Source: Clostridia bacterium (GTDB lineage: Bacteria; Bacillota; Clostridia; UBA1381). From it: a stretch of DNA of 48,438 nucleotides. Each line of letters starts with the position of its first letter. Position 1 is the stretch's first letter. This document shows, piece by piece, positions 1-9,821 of the stretch. Below the pieces are notes generated by a model. That model had not been told where the DNA came from, did not search any database, and saw only the letters and a list, made by a program, of their open reading frames with translations. The translations under genes were made by a program, and so were the position numbers. The stretch spans positions 1 to 48,438 of the forward strand of contig JAZOTJ010000078.1 in assembly GCA_045657585.1 (NCBI GenBank). The letters run 5' to 3'.

Positions 1-420
1 TTGGATATTTTTTCAAATATCATAATTATTGTTTTGGTTCTTGCTGTATTAGGAATTGGTGGTTGGGCTGTTTATTCAAAGTTTAGTCAGCAAGCTGAAC
101 AAAATGTCAGCGAGGAGATGACACCTCCAACGATTACTGAACAAGCTCAGACAGAGGGTATTAGCGTAGAGGAGTTTTTGTCAAAATATGAAATCCCGGC
201 TGATTTAGCTATCACAGGCGATAGTTTGCTAACAGAAGCAATTCCTTATATGACTCTTAATAATTATGCTACATTATTAAATTTAGACATTGAGGCAGTT
301 AAAGAAAATATGGGAATAACAAAGGATTATCCTGAAGATACATTAGTTAGTGAAATTCTTGATGACATGGTTGCCAACGAAGAGGCTCCAGCAGAAGAAT
401 CAACAGAAACAGATGAATAA
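1..420 (+). CDS. Single-pass membrane protein with an acidic C-terminal tail. It is a paralogue of the next gene. It may be 5'-truncated by the window edge.
   Basis: The ORF is open from base 1 (TTG). It has an N-terminal hydrophobic helix (IIIIVLVLAVLGIGGWAVY) and an E/T-rich tail. The module GISVEEFLSKYEIPADL...MTLNNYATLLNLDIEAVKENMGIT recurs in the downstream ORF. Confidence 0.5.
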   Translation: MDIFSNIIIIVLVLAVLGIGGWAVYSKFSQQAEQNVSEEMTPPTITEQAQTEGISVEEFLSKYEIPADLAITGDSLLTEAIPYMTLNNYATLLNLDIEAVKENMGITKDYPEDTLVSEILDDMVANEEAPAEESTETDE

Positions 421-442
421 TTTTGAAAGGAAGGTAAAGATT

Positions 443-1372
443 ATGACTGAAAATGAATTTGAAAATGTAACTCCTGAAGTTGATGAAGAGGTAGCTGCTC
501 CAACAGATGATGTTGTAGAACAGGTTGCAGAAGAAATCAATGAAGTTACTGAAGAAATAGCAGAAGAAGTTGAGGAGGAAACACCTGTTGATGAAGAAAC
601 AGCAGATGAATTTGAAGATAGTATAATTGAGGCTTCAGAAGATGTTGAAGCTGTTGAAGAAATTATTGAAAAGAAAAAGTCTAAAACACCTGCAATTATT
701 GCTATTGTTGCTGTTGTTATTATTGCTTTGGCTGCTTACATTTTATATGATGCTTTTGGTGGAAATAAGTATAACAAATTAGGTTATGCTAATCCATATG
801 GAAGAACTGTTGCAGATGTCTGTGAGGAACTTGGAATTACTGTTAAAGAGTTCAAGACAAATTATAAGTTGCCTGAAGATATGACTGAGGATACGGAGGA
901 AATGGCTGCATATTACTCAATTCCAGTAAGTGTTTTTGCTGGGATGTATGGCGTTGACTATGCTACTTTTAAGGAAACATATAAGATTCCTGAAGAAACA
1001 ACTCCTTCAAAGCCAACAACTATTATTGGTAAAATAAAGGCATTGTTTGGTGTATATGACATTCAACCTATTGATGAAAATACTCCTTGGGGAATTGTTA
1101 TGGGAGAATTGACACTTGCAAATTATGTAGGTGAACAAAATCTTGATACATTTAAAGAATATTATGGTATTACCGATGAAACCATAACTGCTGAAACAAA
1201 ATATAAAGATATCAGAGAATTAGTTGAAGCAAAAGAAATGGAGCTTGCCCAAGAAGCAAAGAAAGCTGAAGAACAAGCACAAGCTGAAGAAGCTCAAACT
1301 GCTGATGAAGTGGCAGAAGATGCTGCCGTTGAGGTTGAAGAAACAACTGAAGAGACACAGACAGAAGAATAA
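443..1372 (+). CDS. Acidic single-pass membrane protein with repeated helical modules. Function unknown.
   Basis: The start is moved to ATG 443, which sits behind the RBS GAAAGGAAGG (425-434). The N-terminal ~90 aa are D/E/V-rich, followed by a TM helix (PAIIAIVAVVIIALAAYILY). There are two or three copies of a (F)K(E/T)xYK(I/L)PE(E/D) module and an E/A/Q-rich C-terminus. Confidence 0.6.
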   Translation: MTENEFENVTPEVDEEVAAPTDDVVEQVAEEINEVTEEIAEEVEEETPVDEETADEFEDSIIEASEDVEAVEEIIEKKKSKTPAIIAIVAVVIIALAAYILYDAFGGNKYNKLGYANPYGRTVADVCEELGITVKEFKTNYKLPEDMTEDTEEMAAYYSIPVSVFAGMYGVDYATFKETYKIPEETTPSKPTTIIGKIKALFGVYDIQPIDENTPWGIVMGELTLANYVGEQNLDTFKEYYGITDETITAETKYKDIRELVEAKEMELAQEAKKAEEQAQAEEAQTADEVAEDAAVEVEETTEETQTEE

Positions 1373-1382
1373 TTAATAATTT

Positions 1383-1416
1383 AAAAACAACAGGCAATGT
1401 GCCTGTTGTTTTTTTA
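1383..1416. terminator. Bidirectional rho-independent terminator shared by convergent genes
   Basis: A 9-bp stem, acaacaggc (1387-1395) / gcctgttgt (1401-1409), is flanked by an A-run on the 5' side and a T-run on the 3' side. The T-run overlaps the stop codon of the minus-strand gene. Confidence 0.7.
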
Positions 1417-2202
1417 TAAACTATTATAAAAATCATCAAAGTTTTTGCCTAACACATTTTCTAATACATCATCACTGATGTCGAGGTTTTGCAGATTTTC
1501 CAATTCTTTTTTATGGTCCCACATAGGAAAGTCTGAAGCAAAGAATATATGAGAATTATCATATATTTTAAATGCTTTCTTAGCAACTTCAAGTCCTGCA
1601 AATCCCATTGTGCTGCTTGTGTCAAAATAAACATTTGGTAAAACTAATTCTTTAAAAGCTATATCCCATTGACTCCATCCACCAAAATGTGCTGCAATAA
1701 TGTTTAACTTTGGAAAGAGCTTTGCAATTTTTGCAATTCTTTTCGGATGAGAGTATCCGTAACGATAATCTCCGGCATGAGTAAGCACAAACATATCTAA
1801 ATCTGACAAAAGTGAATAAATAGGGAACAATCCTTCATCATCAAAGTTAAATTTCTGGAAATCGGGATGTAATTTTATGCCTTTAATTCCATTACTTTTC
1901 AGTTTCATTAGCTCTTTTTCATAGTCCTTATAACCTAAATACATTGTTCCAAGACCAATAAATTGCGAATATTCATTAATCTGTTCAATAATGAAATTAT
2001 TTATGCTTTCAACCTGTTCAGCTTTTGTCGCAGTGGAAAAAACAAGATATTTTTCCACTCCAATTTTGTTTCCTGACTTGATTAGTGATTCTGCATAACC
2101 GTGGTGCGTCATTGGTGTTTCATAAAAATCAGAGATTGACTGAACAGCCTTATCTGCAATTTTTTTTGGGAAAATGTGTGCATGCGTATCAATTATTTTC
2201 AT
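1414..2202 (-). CDS. Metal-dependent amidohydrolase-family (TIM-barrel) hydrolase
   Basis: N-terminal MKIIDTHAHIFP (an HxH metal motif) and internal LTHAGD, AAHFGG and FASDFPMWD motifs are typical of amidohydrolase-2-like proteins. The RBS AGGAGA lies upstream. Confidence 0.7.
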   Translation of the reverse strand: MKIIDTHAHIFPKKIADKAVQSISDFYETPMTHHGYAESLIKSGNKIGVEKYLVFSTATKAEQVESINNFIIEQINEYSQFIGLGTMYLGYKDYEKELMKLKSNGIKGIKLHPDFQKFNFDDEGLFPIYSLLSDLDMFVLTHAGDYRYGYSHPKRIAKIAKLFPKLNIIAAHFGGWSQWDIAFKELVLPNVYFDTSSTMGFAGLEVAKKAFKIYDNSHIFFASDFPMWDHKKELENLQNLDISDDVLENVLGKNFDDFYNSL

Positions 2203-2233
2203 ATATTTCTCCTATAGTTTTGTCTTGTCATAT

Positions 2234-2262
2234 ATTATATTACAAAATTATTGTATTTTCAA
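2234..2262 (-). promoter_or_regulatory. Sigma-A-type promoter for the amidohydrolase gene
   Basis: On the minus strand: TTGAAA, 17 nt spacer, TATAAT. Confidence 0.5.
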
Positions 2263-2283
2263 TATCTTTTTACAATAAATTTA

Positions 2284-2312
2284 TAGACACAGATATAATA
2301 TTATGTTATAAT
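2284..2312 (+). promoter_or_regulatory. Candidate sigma-A promoter for the dnaG-rpoD operon, with an extended -10
   Basis: TAGACA, 17 nt spacer, TATAAT, with a TG at the extended -10 position (tgtTATAAT). This would give a leader of about 150 nt. Confidence 0.45.
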
Positions 2313-2469
2313 TAAAAGATGGTTACAATTATTGTGCATATTTGTTTTAAATAAGGAAATATTACATATTGAATTAATATAAATACATTAAATTTTGAAT
2401 AATTAAAGGATATTGGAATAATTTGTCGAAATAATTATATAGAAATGTTTTTTAGGAGGTGTGATAAAA

Positions 2470-4260
2470 GTGCCATATTATCCCGATGAAATAGTGAATG
2501 ATATTTTTGCGGAAAATGATATAGTTGATTATGTATCAAAGTATGTGAAATTAAAGAAAGCAGGGCGGGATTACAGTGGTCTTTGTCCATTTCACAAGGA
2601 AAAATCTCCTTCCTTTCATGTAAGTAGCGAAAAACAACTTTTTCATTGTTTCGGATGTGGTGCAAGCGGCAATCTTGTTCAATTTGTTATGAGAACAGAA
2701 GGACTTGATTTTGTGGAATCTTTAAAGCTCTTAGCAGAGCGTGCAGGAATTCAATTGCCTGAAGATGGTGGAGAGAACGATGCAAAATCCGGTTCGTTAA
2801 AAAAGAAAATTTACGAAATGAACAAATTATCAGCAAGATTTTTTTATGAGAATTTAACAAGGCATCCTGACGGGAAAACGGCACTTGCATATTTTGCAGA
2901 GAGAAAGATATCTCAAAAAACAATAATATCATATGGGCTTGGTTTTGCAAGAGATAGCTATACTTCGTTGCGTGATTATCTTGCAACTCAAGGGTATTCA
3001 AATGACGAAATGTTATCTGCAGGTCTTGTGGTCTTAAGAGAAGGAAAGATCTACGACAAATTCAGAAACAGAGTAATGTTTCCTATAATTGATTTAAGAG
3101 GAAATATAATTGGTTTTGGCGGAAGAATTATGGGAGAGACAAAAACACAAAGTGGATTTAAACTACCAAAATATTTAAATACTGCCGAAACCCCTGTTTT
3201 CAATAAAGGTAAAAACTTATTTTCATTAAATCTTGCAAAAAAATCATCACCCGTCTCAATTATTCTTGCAGAAGGATATATGGATGTAATCAGTGTATAT
3301 CAATCTGGAATTCCTAATGTTGTTGCAACACTAGGAACGGCACTTACTGAAAATCAAGCGAAACTTTTATCTAAATATTGTAATGAAATACTTATTTGTT
3401 ATGATTCTGATGAGGCAGGTCAAAAAGCTACAATAAGAGCAATTGAAATTATTAATTCAATTGGAGGTCGCTCAAGAGTAATTAAGTTAAGGGATGCAAA
3501 GGACCCTGATGAATACATAAATAAATATGGTGCATCAGCATTTGCTAGAGCAATTTCGGATGCTCTGCCATCAACTGCATTCAGAATAGGGTTATTAAAA
3601 CAAAAATATTCACTTGACTCCCCTGAGGGTAAATCATCATTTATTTCAGAAGCTTGCGAAGTTTTGCAGAGTATCAAAGATGCGGTTGAAGTCGATGCAT
3701 ATATAAATCAGCTTTCAACGCTTTGCGAAATAAGCAAGGATGCAATTTACAGTGAGTACAAAAAAAAGGTCGCAGCATATGAAAAGATAACAGACAGCAG
3801 CAGTTTGAGAGAAGCTCAAAAAGAAAAAGAAAATAATTTTAGCGTTATCAACACAAAGGTTTCGCCAAAGTTAATTAATGCAGAGAAAAAGTTAATTCTT
3901 TTGATGGCAGAAAACAAGAAATATTTTGATATTGTTATGAAAGAATTTTCTGTTGATGAATTTTCAAATGAAATACACAAAAAGCTTTTGGAAAAAATTG
4001 AAAATTCATATAAAAACAGTAAGCATATTGAACTTTCAATACTTTTGAATGATTTCACTGATGAAAGCGCAAATTATGCTTCAGACATATTTTATAATAT
4101 GGAAGAATACAAAAACAAAGATGAGACAGTATTTGAATTAATTAAATCTATAAAAATAGAAAAATTATCAGAAAAAATTTCTAAGGAAACAGATGCTTTG
4201 CTTGTCAGACAATTAGTTGACGAGATTTCAGCGATCAGGAGGAGTAGTTACAATGGCTGA
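2470..4260 (+). CDS. dnaG: DNA primase
   Basis: Zinc-ribbon [13 protein letters not shown]...FHCFGCG, the TOPRIM EGYMDV motif, and a DSDEAG motif. AGGAGG (2454-2459) is too close to GTG 2461, so the in-frame GTG at 2470 is the preferred start. Confidence 0.93.
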   Translation: MPYYPDEIVNDIFAENDIVDYVSKYVKLKKAGRDYSGLCPFHKEKSPSFHVSSEKQLFHCFGCGASGNLVQFVMRTEGLDFVESLKLLAERAGIQLPEDGGENDAKSGSLKKKIYEMNKLSARFFYENLTRHPDGKTALAYFAERKISQKTIISYGLGFARDSYTSLRDYLATQGYSNDEMLSAGLVVLREGKIYDKFRNRVMFPIIDLRGNIIGFGGRIMGETKTQSGFKLPKYLNTAETPVFNKGKNLFSLNLAKKSSPVSIILAEGYMDVISVYQSGIPNVVATLGTALTENQAKLLSKYCNEILICYDSDEAGQKATIRAIEIINSIGGRSRVIKLRDAKDPDEYINKYGASAFARAISDALPSTAFRIGLLKQKYSLDSPEGKSSFISEACEVLQSIKDAVEVDAYINQLSTLCEISKDAIYSEYKKKVAAYEKITDSSSLREAQKEKENNFSVINTKVSPKLINAEKKLILLMAENKKYFDIVMKEFSVDEFSNEIHKKLLEKIENSYKNSKHIELSILLNDFTDESANYASDIFYNMEEYKNKDETVFELIKSIKIEKLSEKISKETDALLVRQLVDEISAIRRSSYNG

Positions 4261-5332
4261 TTTAGAACTTAAAAAAAATATAATTAAAGAGCTTATCGAC
4301 AAGGGCAAGAAAAAAGGAGTTATGACACATAATGAAATAGTCTCTTCTTTCTTTGAACTTGAAATTACAGCAGAAGAGCTTGAAACAGTTTATGATTTGT
4401 TGGAAAAGGAAAACATTGAAATTGTTGAAGACCTCGACAAAGAACTTGAAGAAATTGAAGTAACAAAGGAAGATCTTGAGGATTTATCAATACCTGAAGG
4501 TGTTAGCATTGATGACCATGTCAAAATGTATTTAAAAGAAATTGGTAAGGTTAATTTGCTCGATGCTGAACAGGAAACTCTTTTAGCTAAGAAAATGGCA
4601 GAGGGTGACGAGGAAGCAAAGAAAAAGCTTGCAGAGGCAAACTTAAGACTAGTTGTTTCAATCGCAAAAAGATATGTCGGCAGAGGTATGCTTTTCCTTG
4701 ATTTGATTCAGGAAGGTAATTTAGGTCTTATTAAAGCAGTTGACAAATTTGATTATACAAAGGGCTATAAATTTTCAACATATGCAACCTGGTGGATAAG
4801 ACAAGCTATCACCCGTGCAATTGCTGACCAGGCAAGAACAATAAGAATACCTGTTCATATGGTTGAAACAATTAATAAGTTGGTGAGAGTTTCAAGACAA
4901 TTGGTTCAGGAACTGGGAAGAGAGCCTACTCCTGAAGAATTATCAAAAGAACTTAATATACCAATTGATAAAGTAAGAGAAATTTCAAAAATTTCACAAG
5001 AGCCTGTTTCATTAGAAACTCCTATTGGTGAAGAAGAGGATAGTCATTTAGGAGACTTTATTCCTGATGATGATGCTCCTGCTCCATCAGATGCAGCAAG
5101 TTTTGTACTTTTAAAGGAACAACTTGTTGAAGTGTTAAAAACACTTACACCTCGCGAAGAAAAGGTTTTAAAGCTTCGTTTTGGGCTTGATGATGGAAGA
5201 CAAAGAACTTTGGAAGATGTTGGAAAAGAGTTTAATGTAACTCGTGAACGAATAAGACAGATTGAAGCTAAAGCATTAAGAAAGCTTCGTCATCCAAGCA
5301 GAAGTAAAAAACTTAAGGATTATCTCGACTAA
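4253..5332 (+). CDS. rpoD: Primary RNA polymerase sigma factor (sigma-70/SigA)
   Basis: Region 2 [27 protein letters not shown] and region 4 [23 protein letters not shown] 4253 follows AGGAGG and overlaps the dnaG stop codon. Confidence 0.97.
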   Translation: MADLELKKNIIKELIDKGKKKGVMTHNEIVSSFFELEITAEELETVYDLLEKENIEIVEDLDKELEEIEVTKEDLEDLSIPEGVSIDDHVKMYLKEIGKVNLLDAEQETLLAKKMAEGDEEAKKKLAEANLRLVVSIAKRYVGRGMLFLDLIQEGNLGLIKAVDKFDYTKGYKFSTYATWWIRQAITRAIADQARTIRIPVHMVETINKLVRVSRQLVQELGREPTPEELSKELNIPIDKVREISKISQEPVSLETPIGEEEDSHLGDFIPDDDAPAPSDAASFVLLKEQLVEVLKTLTPREEKVLKLRFGLDDGRQRTLEDVGKEFNVTRERIRQIEAKALRKLRHPSRSKKLKDYLD

Positions 5333-5354
5333 TAGATTGCATATTGGAGGAAAT

Positions 5355-6329
5355 ATGGATTGGATTGAAATTACAATAACAACAACATCTCAGGGAATTG
5401 AAGCAGTTTGCGGAAATTTATATCAGCTCGGAATAACAGGTCTTCAAATTGAAGATGAAGCGGATTTTAAGGATTTTTTAGAAAATAATCACCAGTTCTG
5501 GGACTATGTTGATGATGATTTGATAAAAGAAAAGCAAAAAGATACCTGTGTTAAAGCCTATGTAAGCAATAATGCATCAGGAAATGAGATGCTTTTGGCA
5601 ATTCGACAGGCAATGGAAGCGTTGAAAACATATGATAAGTCTGGTGAATTTGGCTCATTAGAGATTTCTTTAGGTAATTTATCCGAAGAGGATTGGGCGA
5701 ATAACTGGAAAAAATATTTTCATCCAATGAATGTTGGAAATAAAATTTTGATTAAGCCTGAATGGGAAGAGCTTAAGGAACCAACAGATAGAATGGTATT
5801 TAATATTAATCCAGGTATGACATTTGGCACAGGTTCTCATTATACAACTCAATTGTGTATTGAAGAACTTGAAAATTACATTGATGAATCAAAAACTGTT
5901 TTAGACCTTGGTTGTGGCAGTGGAATATTATCAATCATTTCCCTGATGCTCGGAGCAAAGTCAGCTCTGGCAGTTGATATTGACCCTAATTGTATGGATA
6001 TTGCATATCAAAATGCTAAAAGAAACAATGTTGATATAAACAATTATGAAGTTATTTCGGGTAATATCTTAGAAGATGAAAACATAAGCAAATATATTAA
6101 AAAGAATAAATACAACGTTGTGTTGGCAAATATTGTTGCTGATGTTATTATCGCTGCATTGCCTTTGGTTAAAGATGTGATTTCAGAAGATGGTGTATTT
6201 ATCTCATCAGGAATTATAGAAGACAGAATTGATGATGTTAAATCAGCGCTCGCTGACAATAATTTTGAAATTTTAAAGATTAATCGCAGAAAAGACTGGG
6301 CATCAATTGTTGCAGTGTTGAAGGAGTAG
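5355..6329 (+). CDS. prmA: Ribosomal protein L11 methyltransferase
   Basis: The motifs FGTGSH.TT and VLDLGCGSGILSI (SAM-binding) plus ANI are present. ATG 5355 follows GGAGG. Confidence 0.9.
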   Translation: MDWIEITITTTSQGIEAVCGNLYQLGITGLQIEDEADFKDFLENNHQFWDYVDDDLIKEKQKDTCVKAYVSNNASGNEMLLAIRQAMEALKTYDKSGEFGSLEISLGNLSEEDWANNWKKYFHPMNVGNKILIKPEWEELKEPTDRMVFNINPGMTFGTGSHYTTQLCIEELENYIDESKTVLDLGCGSGILSIISLMLGAKSALAVDIDPNCMDIAYQNAKRNNVDINNYEVISGNILEDENISKYIKKNKYNVVLANIVADVIIAALPLVKDVISEDGVFISSGIIEDRIDDVKSALADNNFEILKINRRKDWASIVAVLKE

Positions 6330-6334
6330 ATTTT

Positions 6335-7396
6335 GTGCCATATAATATAATCAATGTTGGTGTGGAGTATAAAGAAATAAGTTATAATTCATACTTGATT
6401 ATTGGAGAGAAGAATATATTGATAGACACAGTCCCTGGGATATGTGCCAACCAGTTAATTGAAAATATTAATAAATATATTGACGTTAAATGCTTAGATG
6501 CTTTAGTGGTCAATCATACAGAAGAGGACAGAGCAGGGGCTGTTTCAGCTCTGTTGCAAACAAATTCTGAAATTGAGGTCATAGCATCATTGGCAGGACT
6601 CAAAAATCTTGAACAACAACTGAATTTCAGCTTTAAACAGACCTTGGCTAAAAGTAATATGCTCTACAGCCCAGGCACTGATTTGACATTAAAGTTTGTT
6701 ATAACTCATAATATAAACTGGCCTGATTCAATGATGACATATCTTGTTGAGGACAAGATACTTTTTAGTTGCGATGCCTTTTCATCTGAAAAATCCGATG
6801 AAAAGGAATATTTTATAAATAAGCTTTATCCTATGAGCGAATATGTTCAATCTGCCATGTTGCAATTAAAGGATTTAGATATATATAAGATATATACAGG
6901 CAGTGGCAATAAAATACTTACTAAATCAATTATTGATGATTATTTGTTGTGGTGCGATGAAAAAGATAAAAGTAAACAGATTACGATTATTTATAAATCA
7001 AATTCGGGAAACAACAGATATTTAGCTCAGTATTGTCAAGAAAAAATATCTGGCTATCAAACTGAACTTGTTGATGTTGATAATTATAAAACTTATGGGA
7101 ATATATATAATTCAAAAGGGGTTATTTTTGTGACTCCTACTGAATACCGAAATATTCCAAAACAAATAAGTGATATTATTACAGGAATTAACCACCATAA
7201 AGTTTCAGACATTGTATTTTGCGCCATTGGTTCATATGGCTGGAGTGGGGAGGCGCCAAACCTTATTTATTCTATGCTAAAAGCAAGACATTTTAATACT
7301 TTCAAATCACCATTCAGAGTTATGTTCAAACCAACTGATGCAGATTTAAAATCAATAGATGAATATTTGGAAGAATTTATTAAATATATTAATTGA
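6335..7396 (+). CDS. Flavodiiron-protein-like protein (metallo-beta-lactamase fold plus flavodoxin fold) with degenerate diiron ligands
   Basis: YNSYLIIGEKNILIDTV, NWPDSMMTY, LFSCDAF and GSYGWSGEA match the FprA/FDP architecture. GTG start lies 8 nt after AAGGAG. The ligand motifs are altered (see findings). Confidence 0.7.
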   Translation: MPYNIINVGVEYKEISYNSYLIIGEKNILIDTVPGICANQLIENINKYIDVKCLDALVVNHTEEDRAGAVSALLQTNSEIEVIASLAGLKNLEQQLNFSFKQTLAKSNMLYSPGTDLTLKFVITHNINWPDSMMTYLVEDKILFSCDAFSSEKSDEKEYFINKLYPMSEYVQSAMLQLKDLDIYKIYTGSGNKILTKSIIDDYLLWCDEKDKSKQITIIYKSNSGNNRYLAQYCQEKISGYQTELVDVDNYKTYGNIYNSKGVIFVTPTEYRNIPKQISDIITGINHHKVSDIVFCAIGSYGWSGEAPNLIYSMLKARHFNTFKSPFRVMFKPTDADLKSIDEYLEEFIKYIN

Positions 7397-7414
7397 AAGT
7401 GAGAAATTTGGTAA

Positions 7415-8161
7415 ATGCCTAAATTTTTTGTACCAAAAGAGAATATATCAGAAAATAAAATAATTATAAATAATGATGATGTATCACATTTAAAAAGAGT
7501 TTTAAGAGCATCTGTCGGTGATGAGCTTACATTGTGTGACGGAAAAGGAAGAAACTATATTGCTACTATATCATCAATAGAGGATAAGCAAATAATATGT
7601 GATATTATTTCGAGTGAAAAATCTCTAACAGAAGCAAACATTGAAATTACTATTTTTCAGGGACTCCCCAAAGCATCAAAAATGGACTACATAATTCAAA
7701 AGACAACGGAATTAGGAATTGTTAATATTATTCCTTGTGAGATGTCAAGATGTGTATCCAGAATAGAAAATTCGAAGGATGCAAAGAAAAAAGTTGACAG
7801 ATGGCAAAAAATAGCCGAGGAAGCTGCAAAGCAATCGGGAAGAGGTATAATTCCGAAAGTCTCAGAGCCTGTAAAATTTAAACAGGCAGTCGAAATGATG
7901 AAAGGCTTTGATTTATCTTTTGCGCCATATGAATGCGAGGAACAAAATAAATTGAGGACCATTTTAACATCTAAGGATAATGTGAAAACCATTGCATTTA
8001 TGATTGGTCCTGAGGGCGGATATGACCTTGATGAAATAAAATATTTAAAGGATAACAATATTTCTACCGTTACATTAGGCAGAAGAATTTTAAGAACTGA
8101 AACAGCGGGTGAAGCAGTTCTTGCAATGGTGATGTATGAATTAGGAGATATTAATTGTTAG
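7415..8161 (+). CDS. rsmE: 16S rRNA (uracil1498-N3)-methyltransferase
   Basis: N-terminal PKFFV...H..RVLR and C-terminal IGPEGG....E and LG.RILRTETA motifs are present. Confidence 0.9.
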   Translation: MPKFFVPKENISENKIIINNDDVSHLKRVLRASVGDELTLCDGKGRNYIATISSIEDKQIICDIISSEKSLTEANIEITIFQGLPKASKMDYIIQKTTELGIVNIIPCEMSRCVSRIENSKDAKKKVDRWQKIAEEAAKQSGRGIIPKVSEPVKFKQAVEMMKGFDLSFAPYECEEQNKLRTILTSKDNVKTIAFMIGPEGGYDLDEIKYLKDNNISTVTLGRRILRTETAGEAVLAMVMYELGDINC

Positions 8162-8184
8162 TTTATTAAAAAGGATGGTGTATT

Positions 8185-8682
8185 ATGAAAATATCAAAAA
8201 AATTTTTTCCTGATTATAAATTTAACTCTGTTAATGATATAGACATAAGCCTCTTAAAAGAACTTGGAATTAAGTTTGCCATTTTAGATATTGATAATAC
8301 TCTTGTTCCTTATACATCAGCTAAACCCGATGACAGTGCAGTAAAATTTTTAAAGAAATTAGAAGAAAACGATATTAAATACTGTTTTGTTTCAAATAAC
8401 CACAACTCAAGAATTAATACATTCAATGAAGATATAGGTGCACCTGTATATTCAAATTCCTGCAAACCTTTGTTGTTTGGAATAAACAAAGCAATGAAAA
8501 ACTTTGGAGCAACTAAAGAAAATACTGTTATGATAGGTGACCAGCTTTTCACAGATGTGTGGGGAGGAAAAAGGGCTAAAATTATGACTATTTTGGTTGA
8601 ACCTATAAAAGAGTGCACAAGTCTTTTTTTCAGATTAAAACGGCATTTTGAAAAGATTGTTTTGAAGGATTATAATAACTGA
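8185..8682 (+). CDS. YqeG-family HAD-IIIA phosphatase
   Basis: HAD motif I LDIDNTL, motif II VSNN, and motifs III/IV K...GDQLFTD. Its size and its position after rsmE are typical. Confidence 0.8.
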   Translation: MKISKKFFPDYKFNSVNDIDISLLKELGIKFAILDIDNTLVPYTSAKPDDSAVKFLKKLEENDIKYCFVSNNHNSRINTFNEDIGAPVYSNSCKPLLFGINKAMKNFGATKENTVMIGDQLFTDVWGGKRAKIMTILVEPIKECTSLFFRLKRHFEKIVLKDYNN

Positions 8683-8699
8683 TGTTTTTTCAGTAAATT

Positions 8700-8969
8700 A
8701 TGAAAAACATTGTTTTGACAGGTTTTACGATAAGCGGAAAGACTGGTGTCGGAAAAGCTATTTTAAAAAAATTAAATATGATTTTTTATGATACTAATAT
8801 GATTATTGAGGAACAATAAGAAAAAATTGAACCTAAAAATATTGAATTAATAGTACATTTACTATAACAACAATGATATTACAATTAAAATTGAAGACAA
8901 TATAAGCATAGAAGAATGTGCTGATTTAGCAATTGAAGCATATAAAGAATTTACGGGAGAAGAAATATG
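8700..8969 (+). pseudogene. aroK: Decayed shikimate kinase remnant: an N-terminal 39 codons plus an out-of-frame C-terminal fragment
   Basis: 8700-8819 encodes MKNIVLTGFTISGKTGVGKAILKKLNMIFYDTNMIIEEQ*, which contains a Walker A motif and an FxDTD-like motif. 8877-8969 reads ITIKIEDNISIEECADLAIEAYKEFTGEEI*, which looks like a shikimate kinase C-terminus. The middle of the gene is missing. Confidence 0.5.
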
Positions 8970-9821
8970 AAAGCTTTATTCGGACCTGCAGGAAATGGCG
9001 ATTTATTTTATCAGAATGGCTATAAGACATCAGAGCAAATGCCTGAGTTTTTAAATAAATATGGTCTTGATGCATACGAGTATCAGTGTGGTAATGGAGT
9101 AAGGGTTGGCGAAGAAACAGCAAAAAAAATTGGCGAAGCGGCAAAACAAAATGATATAGTTATGAGTCTTCACTCTCCGTACTATATTAATCTGGCAAAT
9201 CCTGATGAGGAAAAAAGAAAGAACAGTATAAATTATATAACACAAAGTATGAATGCTATAAAAGCTATGGGTGGCAACAGAGTTGTTGTTCACAGTGGTG
9301 CACTGCAGAAGATGACAAGAGAAGAAGCTCTTTCTCATGCGATTAATACAGTCAAAATGGCAATTTTAGAGGCAGACGCTCTTGGATTTTCTGACATTCA
9401 TATGTGTATTGAAACAATGGGGAAGATAAATCAATTAGGAAATCTTGATGAGGTCTTGGAGTTGTGTTCGTTAGATGACAGACTTTTGCCTACAATTGAT
9501 TTTGGGCATTTGAATGCAAGAACTCTTGGTGGCCTTAATTCATACGAGAGCTTTTTAGAAATTTTTAATAAAATTGAAGATAAACTGGGCAGTGACAGAT
9601 TAAAAATTTTCCATTCTCATTTTAGTAAAATTGAGTATACAAAGGGTGGGGAAAAGAAACATTTAACTTTTGAGGATACTGTCTTCGGTCCTGATTTTTC
9701 TTATGTTGCAGAAATTATATATAAGAAAAATCTAACTCCGACAATAATTTGCGAGTCAGCTGGTACTCAAATTGAAGATTCACTTACAATGAAAAATATG
9801 TTAATGAAAAAAGGTGTCTGA
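8967..9821 (+). CDS. Endonuclease IV-like (AP endonuclease family 2 / xylose-isomerase-like TIM-barrel) protein
   Basis: The motif order parallels Nfo: LHSPYYINLAN, VVHSGA, IETMG, DFGHLNA, HSHFSK...GEKKH, ICES. Confidence 0.6.
   Translation: MKALFGPAGNGDLFYQNGYKTSEQMPEFLNKYGLDAYEYQCGNGVRVGEETAKKIGEAAKQNDIVMSLHSPYYINLANPDEEKRKNSINYITQSMNAIKAMGGNRVVVHSGALQKMTREEALSHAINTVKMAILEADALGFSDIHMCIETMGKINQLGNLDEVLELCSLDDRLLPTIDFGHLNARTLGGLNSYESFLEIFNKIEDKLGSDRLKIFHSHFSKIEYTKGGEKKHLTFEDTVFGPDFSYVAEIIYKKNLTPTIICESAGTQIEDSLTMKNMLMKKGV

Noticed and set aside
350-442. N-terminal extensions offered by the ORF track (350, 4217, 5337, 13724, 14362, 16481, 29065, 35275, 35636, 42946, 43619, 46698, 47073).
   Set aside because: In each case an internal start has a properly spaced Shine-Dalgarno sequence. 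The extension either overlaps the upstream gene, crosses a promoter or terminator, or adds residues atypical for the family.
1212-1439. 75-aa minus-strand ORF across the end of the acidic membrane-protein gene.
   Set aside because: It is the antisense shadow of a GAA/GCT-rich acidic tail, giving an L/Q-rich product. It also runs through the bidirectional terminator.
2319-2354. 11-codon upstream ORF (MVTIIVHICFK) in the putative dnaG leader.
   Set aside because: It has no Shine-Dalgarno sequence. It is short enough to occur by chance in AT-rich sequence, and nothing suggests attenuation.
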